A stretch of 64,000 nucleotides of DNA from an uncultured virus (IMG/VR IMGVR_UViG_3300042508_000149) (IMGVR_UViG_3300042508_000149), one strand, 5' to 3'; counted from the stretch's first letter, positions 36,146 to 46,835 are shown. Notes: generated by a model from the sequence alone, not told the origin. Program-made: numbers and translations.

Positions 36146-36685
36146 ATGGCTATTTCTACCTTTGACGGTCCAGTCCGTTCGCTTGGCGGTATCTTTCAGC
36201 AGGGTCCGTCTACTATTGTTGAGATCACTTCCAGTACGACACTGAATCCAGTGGCTCATGCTGGTCGCATCATTTCCGTTGGCGGCACGCTTGCTGCTGA
36301 TGTAACACTTACCCTTCCTTCGATTAATACGTCTGCCAATGCGTCGTCGTCCGGCCCGGGCAATGACCCCAATACGGCAAACAACGAAGGTGTGGTTTAC
36401 ACCATTTGGGTTCCCACAACCATCGCCACTTCTTCGTTAAAGATTGGTACGGATGGCACTGACAAGTTTGTCGGCACGATCCTTGGCGTGGATACTGACT
36501 CTTCCAATGCGCTTGTGGCTTACACGGCCGGTGCAAGCGATGACTTCATTAACTTTAATGGCGGAACGACCGGTGGCGTTGCAGGCTCATGGGTCCAGAT
36601 CGTTGCGATCGCAGCCAATAAGTACATGGTCAACGGTATTGCGCTTGGCTCTGGTTCGGTTGCTACTCCATTCGCAACCGCCTAA
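36146..36685 (+). CDS. Virion structural protein
   Basis: MAISTFDGPVRS start; Gly/Thr-rich. Confidence 0.7.
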   Translation: MAISTFDGPVRSLGGIFQQGPSTIVEITSSTTLNPVAHAGRIISVGGTLAADVTLTLPSINTSANASSSGPGNDPNTANNEGVVYTIWVPTTIATSSLKIGTDGTDKFVGTILGVDTDSSNALVAYTAGASDDFINFNGGTTGGVAGSWVQIVAIAANKYMVNGIALGSGSVATPFATA

Positions 36686-36697
36686 TAGGAGTGTCTT

Positions 36698-36970
36698 ATG
36701 GACACAGACGTTCTAGGCATATCGCTTGCTGCGTCTGGCGCTGTCTCTGCCACACCGACCCGTGTCCGCGGGTTGGTTATTGAGCCGGGAACATCGACAG
36801 GCAGCGTAGAGATCAAGGATGGTGGGTCAGGTGGTACAAGCAAGTTCATTATCAACACAGTGGCTAACGGTGAGACCTTTGCCGTGCTTATTCCAGCCAA
36901 CGGTGTTTGGTGTAAAACGAGTGCTTATGCCACATTGACAAACGCCAAGGCTACGGTGTTTTATGGCTAA
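36698..36970 (+). CDS. Virion-module hypothetical protein
   Basis: AGGAG RBS. Confidence 0.7.
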   Translation: MDTDVLGISLAASGAVSATPTRVRGLVIEPGTSTGSVEIKDGGSGGTSKFIINTVANGETFAVLIPANGVWCKTSAYATLTNAKATVFYG

Positions 36971-37217
36971 GACGCCAGCATGGCAGCGTAAAGAAGGAAA
37001 AAGCCCGTCTGGAGGCTTGAATGCCAAAGGGCGGGCTTCATACAACGCAGCCAATCCCGGCAAGCCAGGCTTGAAGGCGCCACAACCAGAAGGTGGTGCG
37101 CGTAAGAAATCGTTTTGTAGCAGGATGGAAGGGATGAAAAAGAAGCTTACATCCGCCAAAACTGCCAACGATCCAGATAGCCGTATCAATAAAAGCCTAA
37201 GGAAGTGGAAGTGCTGA
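36963..37217 (+). CDS. Basic conserved phage protein
   Basis: AWQRKEGK..SGGLNAKGRASY...SFCSRM...LRKWKC. Confidence 0.75.
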   Translation: MAKTPAWQRKEGKSPSGGLNAKGRASYNAANPGKPGLKAPQPEGGARKKSFCSRMEGMKKKLTSAKTANDPDSRINKSLRKWKC

Positions 37218-37469
37218 ATGGATACCGGTGCTCTGATTTGGAATCTAATCACATCGTTCTTTGTGGGCTTGGTGATGTTCATGCTTAAGCAAGCATCGGA
37301 TGAGCAAAAGCGCATCCAGATACTACTTAACAGAACCCGGGAGGAGATTGCCCGTGATCACATCACTCGCGCAGAAGTTCGTGCTGACATGGAAAAGATT
37401 ATCGAACGCTTTGACTCAGGCTTTGCAAGGCTTGAAGCAAAAATTGATGCCCTCGCTGAAAGGAAATGA
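37218..37469 (+). CDS. Membrane-anchored coiled-coil protein
   Basis: N-terminal TM segment. Confidence 0.7.
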   Translation: MDTGALIWNLITSFFVGLVMFMLKQASDEQKRIQILLNRTREEIARDHITRAEVRADMEKIIERFDSGFARLEAKIDALAERK

Positions 37470-37717
37470 TGATGCAAAATGATCCCCGTAAAGGCCGTGG
37501 GCGCCATGGCGACACGAACTACAACCCTAACTACGATCTTGTACCCACCCAGAAAGAGAAGGGTGCTATGCAGCAAGAGCTAGAGGATGAGAAGCTAAGG
37601 AAGATGGACAAGCGTCCTAATCTTGGCAAGATGTTCAAGAACGGTGGCTACGTCAAAGCAGCCGATGGCTGTGCCAAACGTGGCAAGACCAAGGGAACAA
37701 TGGTCGTCATGAAATAA
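37466..37717 (+). CDS. Small basic virion-module protein
   Basis: ADGCAKRGKTKG motif. Confidence 0.7.
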   Translation: MMMQNDPRKGRGRHGDTNYNPNYDLVPTQKEKGAMQQELEDEKLRKMDKRPNLGKMFKNGGYVKAADGCAKRGKTKGTMVVMK

Positions 37718-37737
37718 CTCCGCCACGTGGCGGAGTT
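37716..37737. repeat. 22-bp palindrome, copy 5 (intergenic, overlapping a stop codon)
   Basis: Exact copy; 37711-37740 is identical to 8884-8913. Confidence 0.95.
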
Positions 37738-37752
37738 TTCTGGAGTAGGCGT

Positions 37753-38766
37753 ATGAAACGCAAAGTCCGTAAGTATGTAGAAGGCGGTTACGGGGATGTA
37801 AGCTCAGAAGATTACGGGATGGGATCTCGTGAGGAAATGATTGAGCGCAACATCGAGGAGAATGAACGGCGGCGCCAGATGGCGGAGTCATCGCCGGTAC
37901 GCTCTCCAGAAGTCATACGTGCCACGACGGTTGAAGAGTTTGCCGAGCCTGGTACTGCTGGATTTTCAAGGACCGCTCTCAAATCAGCCGCCAAATCAGC
38001 CGCCAAGCCATCTCCTAAGCCTGCAACAAAACCCACTAGTCAGACTGCCAAACCCATGGGTCGTACAGCCATGGGCAAGACTGCTGAGCAAGAAATGGCT
38101 GCTATTGAAGCCGGGAAGAAACTTGCCGGCAAAGCAGATCTTGAGCGCAGAATGGCATATGACAAACCGTTAGAGCGCGTGACACCAGAGGCCAATCTTA
38201 TTGGCGGGCCTGGATTGCGTGCATTACGTGCAGCAGGCGCAGGACTTGCAAGCAAAATAGCCCCGCAAGCAGCTAAGCCTCGTGTAGAACCAAAGATCCC
38301 GCAAGAAGCAGCAAAAGCAGCACCAAAGAAACCTGATGCCGATTATTACTACGGCGCTAAATCACCAAAAATGGCAGAGAAGCCTGGCGCTATGACAGCC
38401 AAACCGCCAAGTGGCGGAGAGGTAGCTAAAGGTAGTGAGACCAAAAGCGGTCAGCTTGCAAGGCGTGGCAAAGAGCTAGAGCAGCTTGAAATGCCAAAGC
38501 GCCGGTTGCCATATGAGAAGTATATGGGTGAAGCTGAGGTGGTAAAAAAACCTGTACAAAAGCTCACCGATCAAAGCCCCAAGCGGTTATCCAGTCCGCC
38601 ACGAGGCGGCGGCAAGGATCCAAACGCACGTCGCCCGACTAGGGATGAATTAGATGAAATGCGTATGGGGTCAGATTACATGCGTAAGGGCGGGAAAGTA
38701 GGATCTGCATCTAGGCGTGCCGACGGTATTGCATCACGTGGCAAGACTCGCGGAAGATACATATGA
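37753..38766 (+). CDS. Low-complexity Lys/Ala/Pro-rich virion-module protein
   Basis: Ends ADGIASRGKTRG. Confidence 0.7.
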   Translation: MKRKVRKYVEGGYGDVSSEDYGMGSREEMIERNIEENERRRQMAESSPVRSPEVIRATTVEEFAEPGTAGFSRTALKSAAKSAAKPSPKPATKPTSQTAKPMGRTAMGKTAEQEMAAIEAGKKLAGKADLERRMAYDKPLERVTPEANLIGGPGLRALRAAGAGLASKIAPQAAKPRVEPKIPQEAAKAAPKKPDADYYYGAKSPKMAEKPGAMTAKPPSGGEVAKGSETKSGQLARRGKELEQLEMPKRRLPYEKYMGEAEVVKKPVQKLTDQSPKRLSSPPRGGGKDPNARRPTRDELDEMRMGSDYMRKGGKVGSASRRADGIASRGKTRGRYI

Positions 38767-39131
38767 AAGATAAAATTCGCACCGTCATGAAAGAGTTCAA
38801 GGAAGGTAAACTCAAGTCTTCCTCGGGCCAGAAAGTTACCAACCCCAAGCAAGCAATTGCAATCGGACTATCGGAGCAGAGAGCTATGAAAGGTTACAAA
38901 GCAGGCGGTGAGCCTAAAGCCATGGTCAAGAAAGAGGTCGCATTTATGAAAGCTAAGGGCGCACCCAAGTCTATGGTCAAGCATGAAATGGCTGAGATGA
39001 AGGGAATGAAAGCTGGCGGCATGACCAAGATGGGCGCCGTTAAAACAGCCGCACCAAGCCGCGATGGCGTTGCATCAAAGGGCAAGACCAAGGGCAAGAT
39101 GATTAAGATGGCCAAGGGCGGTTGCTACTGA
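38763..39131 (+). CDS. Small Lys/Met-rich protein
   Basis: EFKEGKLKSSSG..VTNPKQAIAIGLSE. Confidence 0.75.
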   Translation: MKDKIRTVMKEFKEGKLKSSSGQKVTNPKQAIAIGLSEQRAMKGYKAGGEPKAMVKKEVAFMKAKGAPKSMVKHEMAEMKGMKAGGMTKMGAVKTAAPSRDGVASKGKTKGKMIKMAKGGCY

Positions 39132-39140
39132 TAAGCAACT

Positions 39141-42100
39141 ATGGCGCTGCCCACACTCCCTTCGGACTGGGGCAGCTATGACGCTGCCCGGAAGATTGAT
39201 TGGTTCAACGAGAAGGTTGTAACCATAGATGATCTTGTAGCAGCAGGCGTATCAAGGCCTGATGTAGATTGGATGATCCAGAATGGATTGCAACCTCTTT
39301 ACCAGTTCTTTAGCATCAAGTGGAATCCAAATGCATCACTTGCTGAGAAGCAGGGTTACATTAAAACAGTCCTTGGCCAAGGCATAACCACTGATGCAAT
39401 AAAAACCAGGCTCGGGGAGGTAGATCCTGTTAATGCAACGCAGGAAGTTTATGACCTGCTTGGCATACCAAAAACAACGGGCCCGACGCAGCAGGAAATA
39501 GACGCTGCATGGTATTACGATAGTGAATCCAAGCTTTGGGATAATTATTTAACCGGCGAGACATCGTCAACCAAGCCCGCTGCACTTACAACAACGCAGA
39601 CAACAACGGCGCCGCCAGCTACTACTGCCGTAACCACAACGCCACCGCCAACCACAACTGCCGGGGTATTTAAGCCATTAGGCTTAGATCTAAAGGCAGG
39701 ATGGATATACGAGCCTGAGTTTGATAAACCGTTCCAAAATCCACAGACCGGTCAGCAACTAACGGCGCAAGAATACGAAGCAAACATTATCCATCCCGGT
39801 GAAACCAAGTGGGAGGGTAAGTGGCTTAACGATCAAACTATTAGTTTCCTAAAGGGTCAGATTAATAGCGGTAAATCGCTATACAACCTGAACTTTCAAA
39901 CACCAGGAAACTCAGATGCTTGGCATACAGACGATATTGCCAAGCGCCTAACTGCTTTAGGTATAACAAACCTAGATCAGATTGGTGTTGATCAAACAAA
40001 AGGGATTTACAACAAAGCAACCGGCAATCCTCTTGATACGTCAATCGTAGGCGGCAAGGGTGGAAACATCATTGGCTCCACAGGGGCTGGCGCCGGTTAC
40101 TCTAACTACACCATCCAGACAGATGCTTTTGGTAGCCCAATAATTGTTCCCGAGTGGAACCAATCAAACTTTCTAGCCAAGAACCCGTTGTTAACCCAAG
40201 TGCTTGCCATGGGGGCATCGCTCTTGGTTCCAGGGATTGGCCAGGCTATAGCCCCTTATGTAAGTAGCGTTGTAGGAGCGGCGGCCGCACCGGCTGTATC
40301 AAACTTCTTGGTACGCACGGCAGTAAACACCATCTTTAATGGTGGCGATTTATCTAAAGCATTCTTAGGCTCCGCCACGGGTACGGCCCTGAATATGGTT
40401 ACCGATGTGGTAGCCAACGAGTTAGCCAATAGCGGCATCATTAGCGGGGCCACGGCAGCAGAAAAGCTTGCAACGGCTAGGCTTTTTGCAGGTCCAATGA
40501 CCAATGCAATCTATGCCATAGCGCAGGGTCAGGACCCGTTACCAACATTGCTTGGCGGCGCGGTTAACGCTGCGATATCAACAGGCATTAATGAAGTAGC
40601 AAACGCACAGAAGCTAGACCCAACATCAAAAGCGTTGCTACAGATTGGCGTATCCCAAGCGATTAATACGGCGCGTACAGGTAAATTCAACCCGGTAAGC
40701 CTGTTTAATCAGTTATTAAATCTTGGATTTAGCCAAGCGCAAGCAGGGAAGATGGCTGGTGGTGCAACACCGGATTCAGCCAAATCCAATACAGCCATAG
40801 GCGCAGTGGCGGTCGATAAGAACGGTGAGCTATACACAATTGATGATGACGGCAATCGTTTGATGCTGTCAGGCGATTCTGCCGGTCGTGTGTACACACC
40901 TACCGAATGGAACTCAATCCAAACGGCATTGAGTGCAGGTCAGGCGCAGTATGTTAATGGTCTTATCAATGCCATGAACAGTGGCACGATGAAGCCAGAA
41001 GACGTTACATCGGCGTTAAAGAACTCTGGCTATTCGGACGCTAAGGTTGCAGAGATTTTTGCTGCAAATCAACAATTTGTTGACCGAGCAAAAAACACGC
41101 AACAGGTAGTAACGGACTACACGGCGGTAGGAAGCGATCTATCCAGAGAGGGCGCCCTAGAAAGACTAAGATCACTTGGCTTTGATGAGGCAGATGCCAA
41201 CACCTACATCTCCAATATTGATAAGCAAGTCACTGCTAGAAACAACTACGTTAATGTTTCTAGGGACTACATCAATGGAGCCGCCACGGAGTCGCAGTTG
41301 CAATCCGCCATGGATGCGGCTGGCATTAAGGGTGATTTAGCAAATCAACAGCTTCTGTATTACAGAGCAATAAAAGCAGGTGATGAATTAACTTCGTCCG
41401 AGGCCACGCAGGCTGCCGTAGCTGGGTTACGCTCATGGAATGTCATAGATCGCAAAGGTACTCAAGTATCTTGGGATCTTAATGATGACGGAACGCCGTA
41501 TGTTAAAGCGGCTAGAGATGCGAGCGGGAAAGATATAACAGACTTGTTTTACGGATCAAGTCCGCAAGCCGTTCAAAAATATGCAATAGAAGACCAGCAA
41601 AGATACGTTGATAGATTTCAAAAGCAGTTAACAACGACGGCGGAAAAATACTTCGCGCCTGGTAGTAAAGTTACGCCCGATCAAGCCGTTGCGATGCTTA
41701 AGCAAACTGACGGCATGACTGATGCGATGGCCAAAGATCTTGTAGGAAGGTGGGATCAACAAAAAGAAGCGGTCGCAAAAAACGGCATAAGCTACAACCA
41801 AGAAACAGGAAAAACCACCAGGATACTGACGCCAGAAGAATTTGAGCGTGTCATGTCAAAAGCCAATGTTGACATGACTGGCGACAAATTTAACCAACGC
41901 TATCAAGCTTATTTGTACACCAATGGCGAGTTATTGCGCACAGGTAATGCGAAGGATGGGTTTGTTTTGCCGGGTGAAGTTGTAGAGGTATTTAACAAAG
42001 GTAAGAACATAACCCAGCTTCCAACAAATACTTTTATAGACGAGGTTGGCAAGGCTGTATCAGAGGGTATTAAGGCTGGACAATCTATTGGTTCACCGGC

Positions 42101-45100
42101 GCAAAATTTCATAAACTCTTTAAGCGCAAACTTTCTTGGCCTTTTCCCGCGAGCAGGGGCCGGTATAGTCTCCGTGGTATCCGGTGATGCTGCAAACGAT
42201 GTTGCGGTAGCTCTTAGAGGTATTGCAAAAATAGCTTCAGATTCTTCAGACGCTTTGATGCCAGACCTTGCTTCTGAGGCAAACAAATGGATGGGGAAGA
42301 TAAGCGAGGCTCAAGGCCCCGGAGCAAAACTTGGAGCTGCATGGCAATGGGCAAGTGACAGCCCAACGAGTTTTGGTAGCTTAGCTTGGACGGCAGGCAA
42401 AGAGCTTTCAGAGGATATGATTTCATTTGCCTTAATGGGCAAAGCATTAAAGACAATAGGCACGGCTCCTGGTGTTGCTCTTGGCTCTGCTTTAACAGAT
42501 TTTGCACTGAATTACGGTGGGGTCACAGAAGAGAATATTTCTCAGCTTATTAACCAAGGATTAAGCTCTGAGCAGGCCGCTTCCCTTGCTGGCCAAGGGG
42601 CTATGCCAGCCGCCATTGCTGAAACAATAGTCGGAGGTATAGCAGCATTAGTACCATCAGCTAAGACGGCAATTAAAGATCTTATATCACTTCCGTATAA
42701 AGCAACGGTTGATGGTGTTGAAGAAGCCGCCTCGTATGTATTCAATCAAAAAGGCTTAGGACAAAGCATAGACCTAAATGATTTTTGGACATCGGGCGTT
42801 ATTGCTGCAACCGTAGGCGGTGCTGGACATGGCGGGGCATCTTTGTCTGTTTTTCTTTCCCCGCAAGGTCAGGGGCAAGTTATCAAAGATGCAAGCGATC
42901 TTGGTCTATCCATAAGCCAAGATCCATTTTTAATACCAGAGACAGCAAGGGCAACCATAACATCTGTTATTGGAAATACGGCTGTTATGAAGGGACCATC
43001 CGGCCAGACGTATGTAGCAGATCTTGGAAATCAAAATATAACCGCTGGGCAGCAAGTAAATATTTATAGTCTTGATACAACGCCGGTTCAGATAACGCCG
43101 AGCGAAATGAAAGACTATTTGTCGCTTGTAAATCAGGCCTACCAAGGACAACTTGGAAGGAATCCAACGGCTGACGAAGTTGGTTTTGCAATAAAAGATC
43201 TTTCGGGCGTTGGCCAGTTGCAAGAAAAATTAAACGCAACACAGGAAGGCCAAAGATTCGATCAATTAGTCGAAACCTTCAATACAACGATTGGAAGAAA
43301 TCCGACGGCAGAGGAAATAAAAGCCAATATAACAAGACTTGGCAACAATGAAATAACACTTAATCAACTTAAGCAAGAGCTAGCTAAGACCAATGAAGGT
43401 ATCTTGTATGAGCAAAAGCAAATATTTAACGCTCAAACAGACGCTCAGATTGCAGCCAACGCAAAGTCATTACTAGACCAAGGAAAGATAACTTACGCAG
43501 ACTTCAAGACTTTTATGGATAGCATGGGTCTTGCTTCTGACCGCCAGCTAAACGTACTGGACACGATCACACCAAGAGCAAATGTTGCCGGGACTGTTAC
43601 GTCCATTATTGGTGACAATGCAGTAGTGACTGGCACCGATGGCCAGATGTACACCATGCTCCGTGTGGCGCCTAACAACTACCTTATGCAGGTTGGCGAC
43701 CAGGTTAAGCTAGGCGTTTCCACGGTAAAGCCGACTGCAACGCCCACGGTTGAGGTGACCACCAAGATTGCGGACGTAATTGCTGCTAGCGTATCTAAGT
43801 CCACAAGCATCAGTCTTAGCCAGTCTGTATCAGAGGCCGCGGTAAGTACATCTATATCAAAGAGTCAGAGCCTATCTGTCTCTTACTCCCAGTCTCTGTC
43901 GTTATCTGCATCAACCTCGGTATCGGTATCCGAATCTCAATCAAAAAGCATCTCTCTTTCGCAGTCGGTATCAACGGTTGAGCTTGAAAAATCCATATCA
44001 TTGAGCAAGAGCGTATCGACGTCAGTGTCTACCTCTGCGTCGCTATCGACATCCACGAGCCTATCTCAATCGGTAAGCGCATCTACGTCTACGTCTCAAA
44101 GCGTATCGGCTTCATTAAGCAAATCTATCTCTGTATCACAATCAATATCTACATCAGAGTCCATTTCAACTTCTACAAGCAAGTCACAGTCGCTAAGCGT
44201 TTCAGTTTCGTCCTCTGAGAGCGTATCAACATCAATTAGTAAATCTCTGTCTATCTCAGAGGCGCTATCTTTGTCCGCAAGCGTTAGCGAGCAAATGGAA
44301 AAAGACAGGCTTAAAGGACTGTCAATATCAGCCTCTGTGTCGGAATCGATATCTACGGCGGTGAGCGTATCAGAGTCAACTAGCAAATCAGTTTCGCTAT
44401 CCCAAAGTATTTCAGCTTCAACAAGCACGTCACAATCGATCTCTAAATCAACATCGTTGTCGCAAAGTTTAAGCACATCTGTTTCACAAAGTGAATCAGT
44501 ATCAAAATCAACAAGCCTTTCTACTTCACTTAGCAATTCAATATCAGCATCCATAAGCACTTCAGAGGCGGTTTCCAAATCAGTTTCTTTTTCACAAAGC
44601 GTTAGTTTGTCAACGTCTCAAAGCGAGTCGGTATCTAAAGCAACAAGCATTTCGGCTTCTGTAAGCGCATCGACCTCGGCATCAACATCACAAAGTATTA
44701 GTTTGTCGCAGGAAGTAAGCAAACAGATCGCAATATCGCAGAGCACATCGCAAAGCATAGCCCTGTCGCAAAGCCTCTCTCAATCGCAGGCGGTATCGGT
44801 TTCTGCGTCCGTTTCAGAGTCTGTATCTAAGTCAGTCAGCACATCGCTTTCACTCAGCCAGTCAACATCTGCCGCGCTAAGCACATCTGTATCCCAAAGC
44901 CTTATCCTCAGTCAAAAAATGAGCGAAGATATTGTTCGTGGCCTATCAATATCCGCATCGCTAAGCGCGTCCGAATCAGTCTCTCAATCAGTATCGAGAT
45001 TGGTCTCTGCTTCTATTAGCACAAGCCAATCCGCTTCAACGTCGCTATCTCTTTCCGAGTCAATTTCAAAAGCAACGCAACTATCTATCTCTAATAGCTT

Positions 45101-46394
45101 GAGTGCTTCTACTTCTGTCAGTCAGTCACAGTCATTATCTGCTTCACAGTCTGTGTCAAAAGCTCTATCTCAAAGCGTAAGTCAATCGCTTTCTTTAAGC
45201 GAGTCAGTCGCTCAAAGCATTAGCCAGTCATTATCACTATCAGCTCTCCAGTCACAGTCATTAAGTGTTAGCGAACAAATTGAGAGAGATAGGGCGGTTG
45301 GTATATCAATTTCCAATTCATTAAGTCAATCAGTATCGTTAGAGGCTAGCAAGTCACAGTCAATTTCAATTAGCACATCGACCCAGCAGTCAATCAGCAA
45401 CTCGGTGTCTTTGTCAGAAAGCGTTTCAATATCAACATATTTAAGCCAAGAAGTTTCGAGGCAGACATCGCTTAGTCAATCCCTTAGCACGGCAAATAGC
45501 TTGTCATTGAGCTTGTCACAAAGCCAATCGCTAAGCCAAAGCCTGTCACAGACACAGACTGTTTCTATTACCCCTTCAATTACACAGACGGTTTCGGTTA
45601 CGGAAACCATTTCACCAACGGCAACGGTAGCCCCGTCAGTCACTGAATCAATCACTCAGACGGTTACGCAATCGGTCACTGAATCAATTACTGAGGTAGT
45701 CACACAAAGCCTTACTGAGACACTGACGCCAAGCATTACCGCAACGATCACTCAGTTGCCAACATTAGCGCCAACAATTACAGCTTCAGCAACCATTACT
45801 CCAAGTATTTCTGTAACGGAGACATTTACGCAAACGCCATCGCTAACGATGGTTATCACGACCACATCGTTGCCGCCTGTAACGACAACGATTACCATCC
45901 CTCTGGTAACGACTACGGAGCCTGTAACCACGGAGCAAGTAACGACGATTACCATACCTCCGGTTACGCCTCCTCCAACTTCAGGAACGATACCCCCTGT
46001 AACGACGCCAGCGATTAGCATCCCCGAGCAAACAACAACCGCGCCAGTGACCACATTACCAGTCACAACGGCGCCGGTTATATCAGCAACAACAACATCA
46101 AAGCCACCGACGACTACATCAAAGCCTGGTGGTTTGCCTTTCCCAGTATTTGGTATTCCAGCCGCCACCGGGCAGCAGAAAACTTACGTTGATTACGCAC
46201 AGCCCAACGTGCTAGCACCAGAGTTTGGGCCATTTGATTTATTCAAGGCGCCCAGCTACTTGCGTCCTTTGCAAGATACTGGCAACTTTGGGTTAGCCGC
46301 ACTATTAGGAGCCGCAAATGCGAAGCAGTCGGGGGATGGGAATAATCAATCCCAGCAAAATGCCGAAGGCCAAGGTCAAGCCCCGAAGGGATGA
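39141..46394 (+). CDS. Giant 2417-aa protein with serine-rich (SxSxS) repeat and Thr/Pro-rich C-terminus
   Basis: Uninterrupted ORF; about 590 aa of alternating Ser, then a Thr-rich tract; two LGRNPT-type repeats. Confidence 0.85.
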   Translation: MALPTLPSDWGSYDAARKIDWFNEKVVTIDDLVAAGVSRPDVDWMIQNGLQPLYQFFSIKWNPNASLAEKQGYIKTVLGQGITTDAIKTRLGEVDPVNATQEVYDLLGIPKTTGPTQQEIDAAWYYDSESKLWDNYLTGETSSTKPAALTTTQTTTAPPATTAVTTTPPPTTTAGVFKPLGLDLKAGWIYEPEFDKPFQNPQTGQQLTAQEYEANIIHPGETKWEGKWLNDQTISFLKGQINSGKSLYNLNFQTPGNSDAWHTDDIAKRLTALGITNLDQIGVDQTKGIYNKATGNPLDTSIVGGKGGNIIGSTGAGAGYSNYTIQTDAFGSPIIVPEWNQSNFLAKNPLLTQVLAMGASLLVPGIGQAIAPYVSSVVGAAAAPAVSNFLVRTAVNTIFNGGDLSKAFLGSATGTALNMVTDVVANELANSGIISGATAAEKLATARLFAGPMTNAIYAIAQGQDPLPTLLGGAVNAAISTGINEVANAQKLDPTSKALLQIGVSQAINTARTGKFNPVSLFNQLLNLGFSQAQAGKMAGGATPDSAKSNTAIGAVAVDKNGELYTIDDDGNRLMLSGDSAGRVYTPTEWNSIQTALSAGQAQYVNGLINAMNSGTMKPEDVTSALKNSGYSDAKVAEIFAANQQFVDRAKNTQQVVTDYTAVGSDLSREGALERLRSLGFDEADANTYISNIDKQVTARNNYVNVSRDYINGAATESQLQSAMDAAGIKGDLANQQLLYYRAIKAGDELTSSEATQAAVAGLRSWNVIDRKGTQVSWDLNDDGTPYVKAARDASGKDITDLFYGSSPQAVQKYAIEDQQRYVDRFQKQLTTTAEKYFAPGSKVTPDQAVAMLKQTDGMTDAMAKDLVGRWDQQKEAVAKNGISYNQETGKTTRILTPEEFERVMSKANVDMTGDKFNQRYQAYLYTNGELLRTGNAKDGFVLPGEVVEVFNKGKNITQLPTNTFIDEVGKAVSEGIKAGQSIGSPAQNFINSLSANFLGLFPRAGAGIVSVVSGDAANDVAVALRGIAKIASDSSDALMPDLASEANKWMGKISEAQGPGAKLGAAWQWASDSPTSFGSLAWTAGKELSEDMISFALMGKALKTIGTAPGVALGSALTDFALNYGGVTEENISQLINQGLSSEQAASLAGQGAMPAAIAETIVGGIAALVPSAKTAIKDLISLPYKATVDGVEEAASYVFNQKGLGQSIDLNDFWTSGVIAATVGGAGHGGASLSVFLSPQGQGQVIKDASDLGLSISQDPFLIPETARATITSVIGNTAVMKGPSGQTYVADLGNQNITAGQQVNIYSLDTTPVQITPSEMKDYLSLVNQAYQGQLGRNPTADEVGFAIKDLSGVGQLQEKLNATQEGQRFDQLVETFNTTIGRNPTAEEIKANITRLGNNEITLNQLKQELAKTNEGILYEQKQIFNAQTDAQIAANAKSLLDQGKITYADFKTFMDSMGLASDRQLNVLDTITPRANVAGTVTSIIGDNAVVTGTDGQMYTMLRVAPNNYLMQVGDQVKLGVSTVKPTATPTVEVTTKIADVIAASVSKSTSISLSQSVSEAAVSTSISKSQSLSVSYSQSLSLSASTSVSVSESQSKSISLSQSVSTVELEKSISLSKSVSTSVSTSASLSTSTSLSQSVSASTSTSQSVSASLSKSISVSQSISTSESISTSTSKSQSLSVSVSSSESVSTSISKSLSISEALSLSASVSEQMEKDRLKGLSISASVSESISTAVSVSESTSKSVSLSQSISASTSTSQSISKSTSLSQSLSTSVSQSESVSKSTSLSTSLSNSISASISTSEAVSKSVSFSQSVSLSTSQSESVSKATSISASVSASTSASTSQSISLSQEVSKQIAISQSTSQSIALSQSLSQSQAVSVSASVSESVSKSVSTSLSLSQSTSAALSTSVSQSLILSQKMSEDIVRGLSISASLSASESVSQSVSRLVSASISTSQSASTSLSLSESISKATQLSISNSLSASTSVSQSQSLSASQSVSKALSQSVSQSLSLSESVAQSISQSLSLSALQSQSLSVSEQIERDRAVGISISNSLSQSVSLEASKSQSISISTSTQQSISNSVSLSESVSISTYLSQEVSRQTSLSQSLSTANSLSLSLSQSQSLSQSLSQTQTVSITPSITQTVSVTETISPTATVAPSVTESITQTVTQSVTESITEVVTQSLTETLTPSITATITQLPTLAPTITASATITPSISVTETFTQTPSLTMVITTTSLPPVTTTITIPLVTTTEPVTTEQVTTITIPPVTPPPTSGTIPPVTTPAISIPEQTTTAPVTTLPVTTAPVISATTTSKPPTTTSKPGGLPFPVFGIPAATGQQKTYVDYAQPNVLAPEFGPFDLFKAPSYLRPLQDTGNFGLAALLGAANAKQSGDGNNQSQQNAEGQGQAPKG

Positions 46395-46593
46395 CACGGA
46401 CTTTACGCAATACGCGGAGGGAGGCAAGGTGAATGAAGCTGGTAATTACACCAAGCCAACCATGCGTAAAAAACTTTTTAATCAGATTAAGAGCGCCGCT
46501 GTTCAAGGTACCGGCGCTGGAAAATGGTCAGCCAGAAAAGCACAGCTCTTGGCTAAGCGTTACAAAGAGCGTGGCGGCGGGTATACTTCATGA
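46318..46593 (+). CDS. Small basic conserved phage protein
   Basis: NYTKPTMRK...GKWSARKAQLLAKRYK. Confidence 0.7.
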   Translation: MRSSRGMGIINPSKMPKAKVKPRRDDTDFTQYAEGGKVNEAGNYTKPTMRKKLFNQIKSAAVQGTGAGKWSARKAQLLAKRYKERGGGYTS

Positions 46594-46835
46594 AAGCACC
46601 GCAACAATCATTAAAAGCTTGGACGGAACAAAAGTGGCGAACCCGAAGCGGTAAGCGTTCGTCTGATACAGGTGAGAGGTATTTACCAGAAGCTGCAATA
46701 AAATCGTTATCGCCACAGGAGTATGCTGCTACAACCAGAGCCAAGCGAGAAGGTAAGGCAAAAGGAAAGCAATTTGTAGCGCAGCCTAAAGCAATAGCCA
46801 AAAAGGTTGCACCGTTTCGGAAGGTAGGAAAATGA
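46590..46835 (+). CDS. Small basic conserved phage protein
   Basis: SLKAWTEQKWRT...GERYLP. Confidence 0.75.
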   Translation: MKAPQQSLKAWTEQKWRTRSGKRSSDTGERYLPEAAIKSLSPQEYAATTRAKREGKAKGKQFVAQPKAIAKKVAPFRKVGK

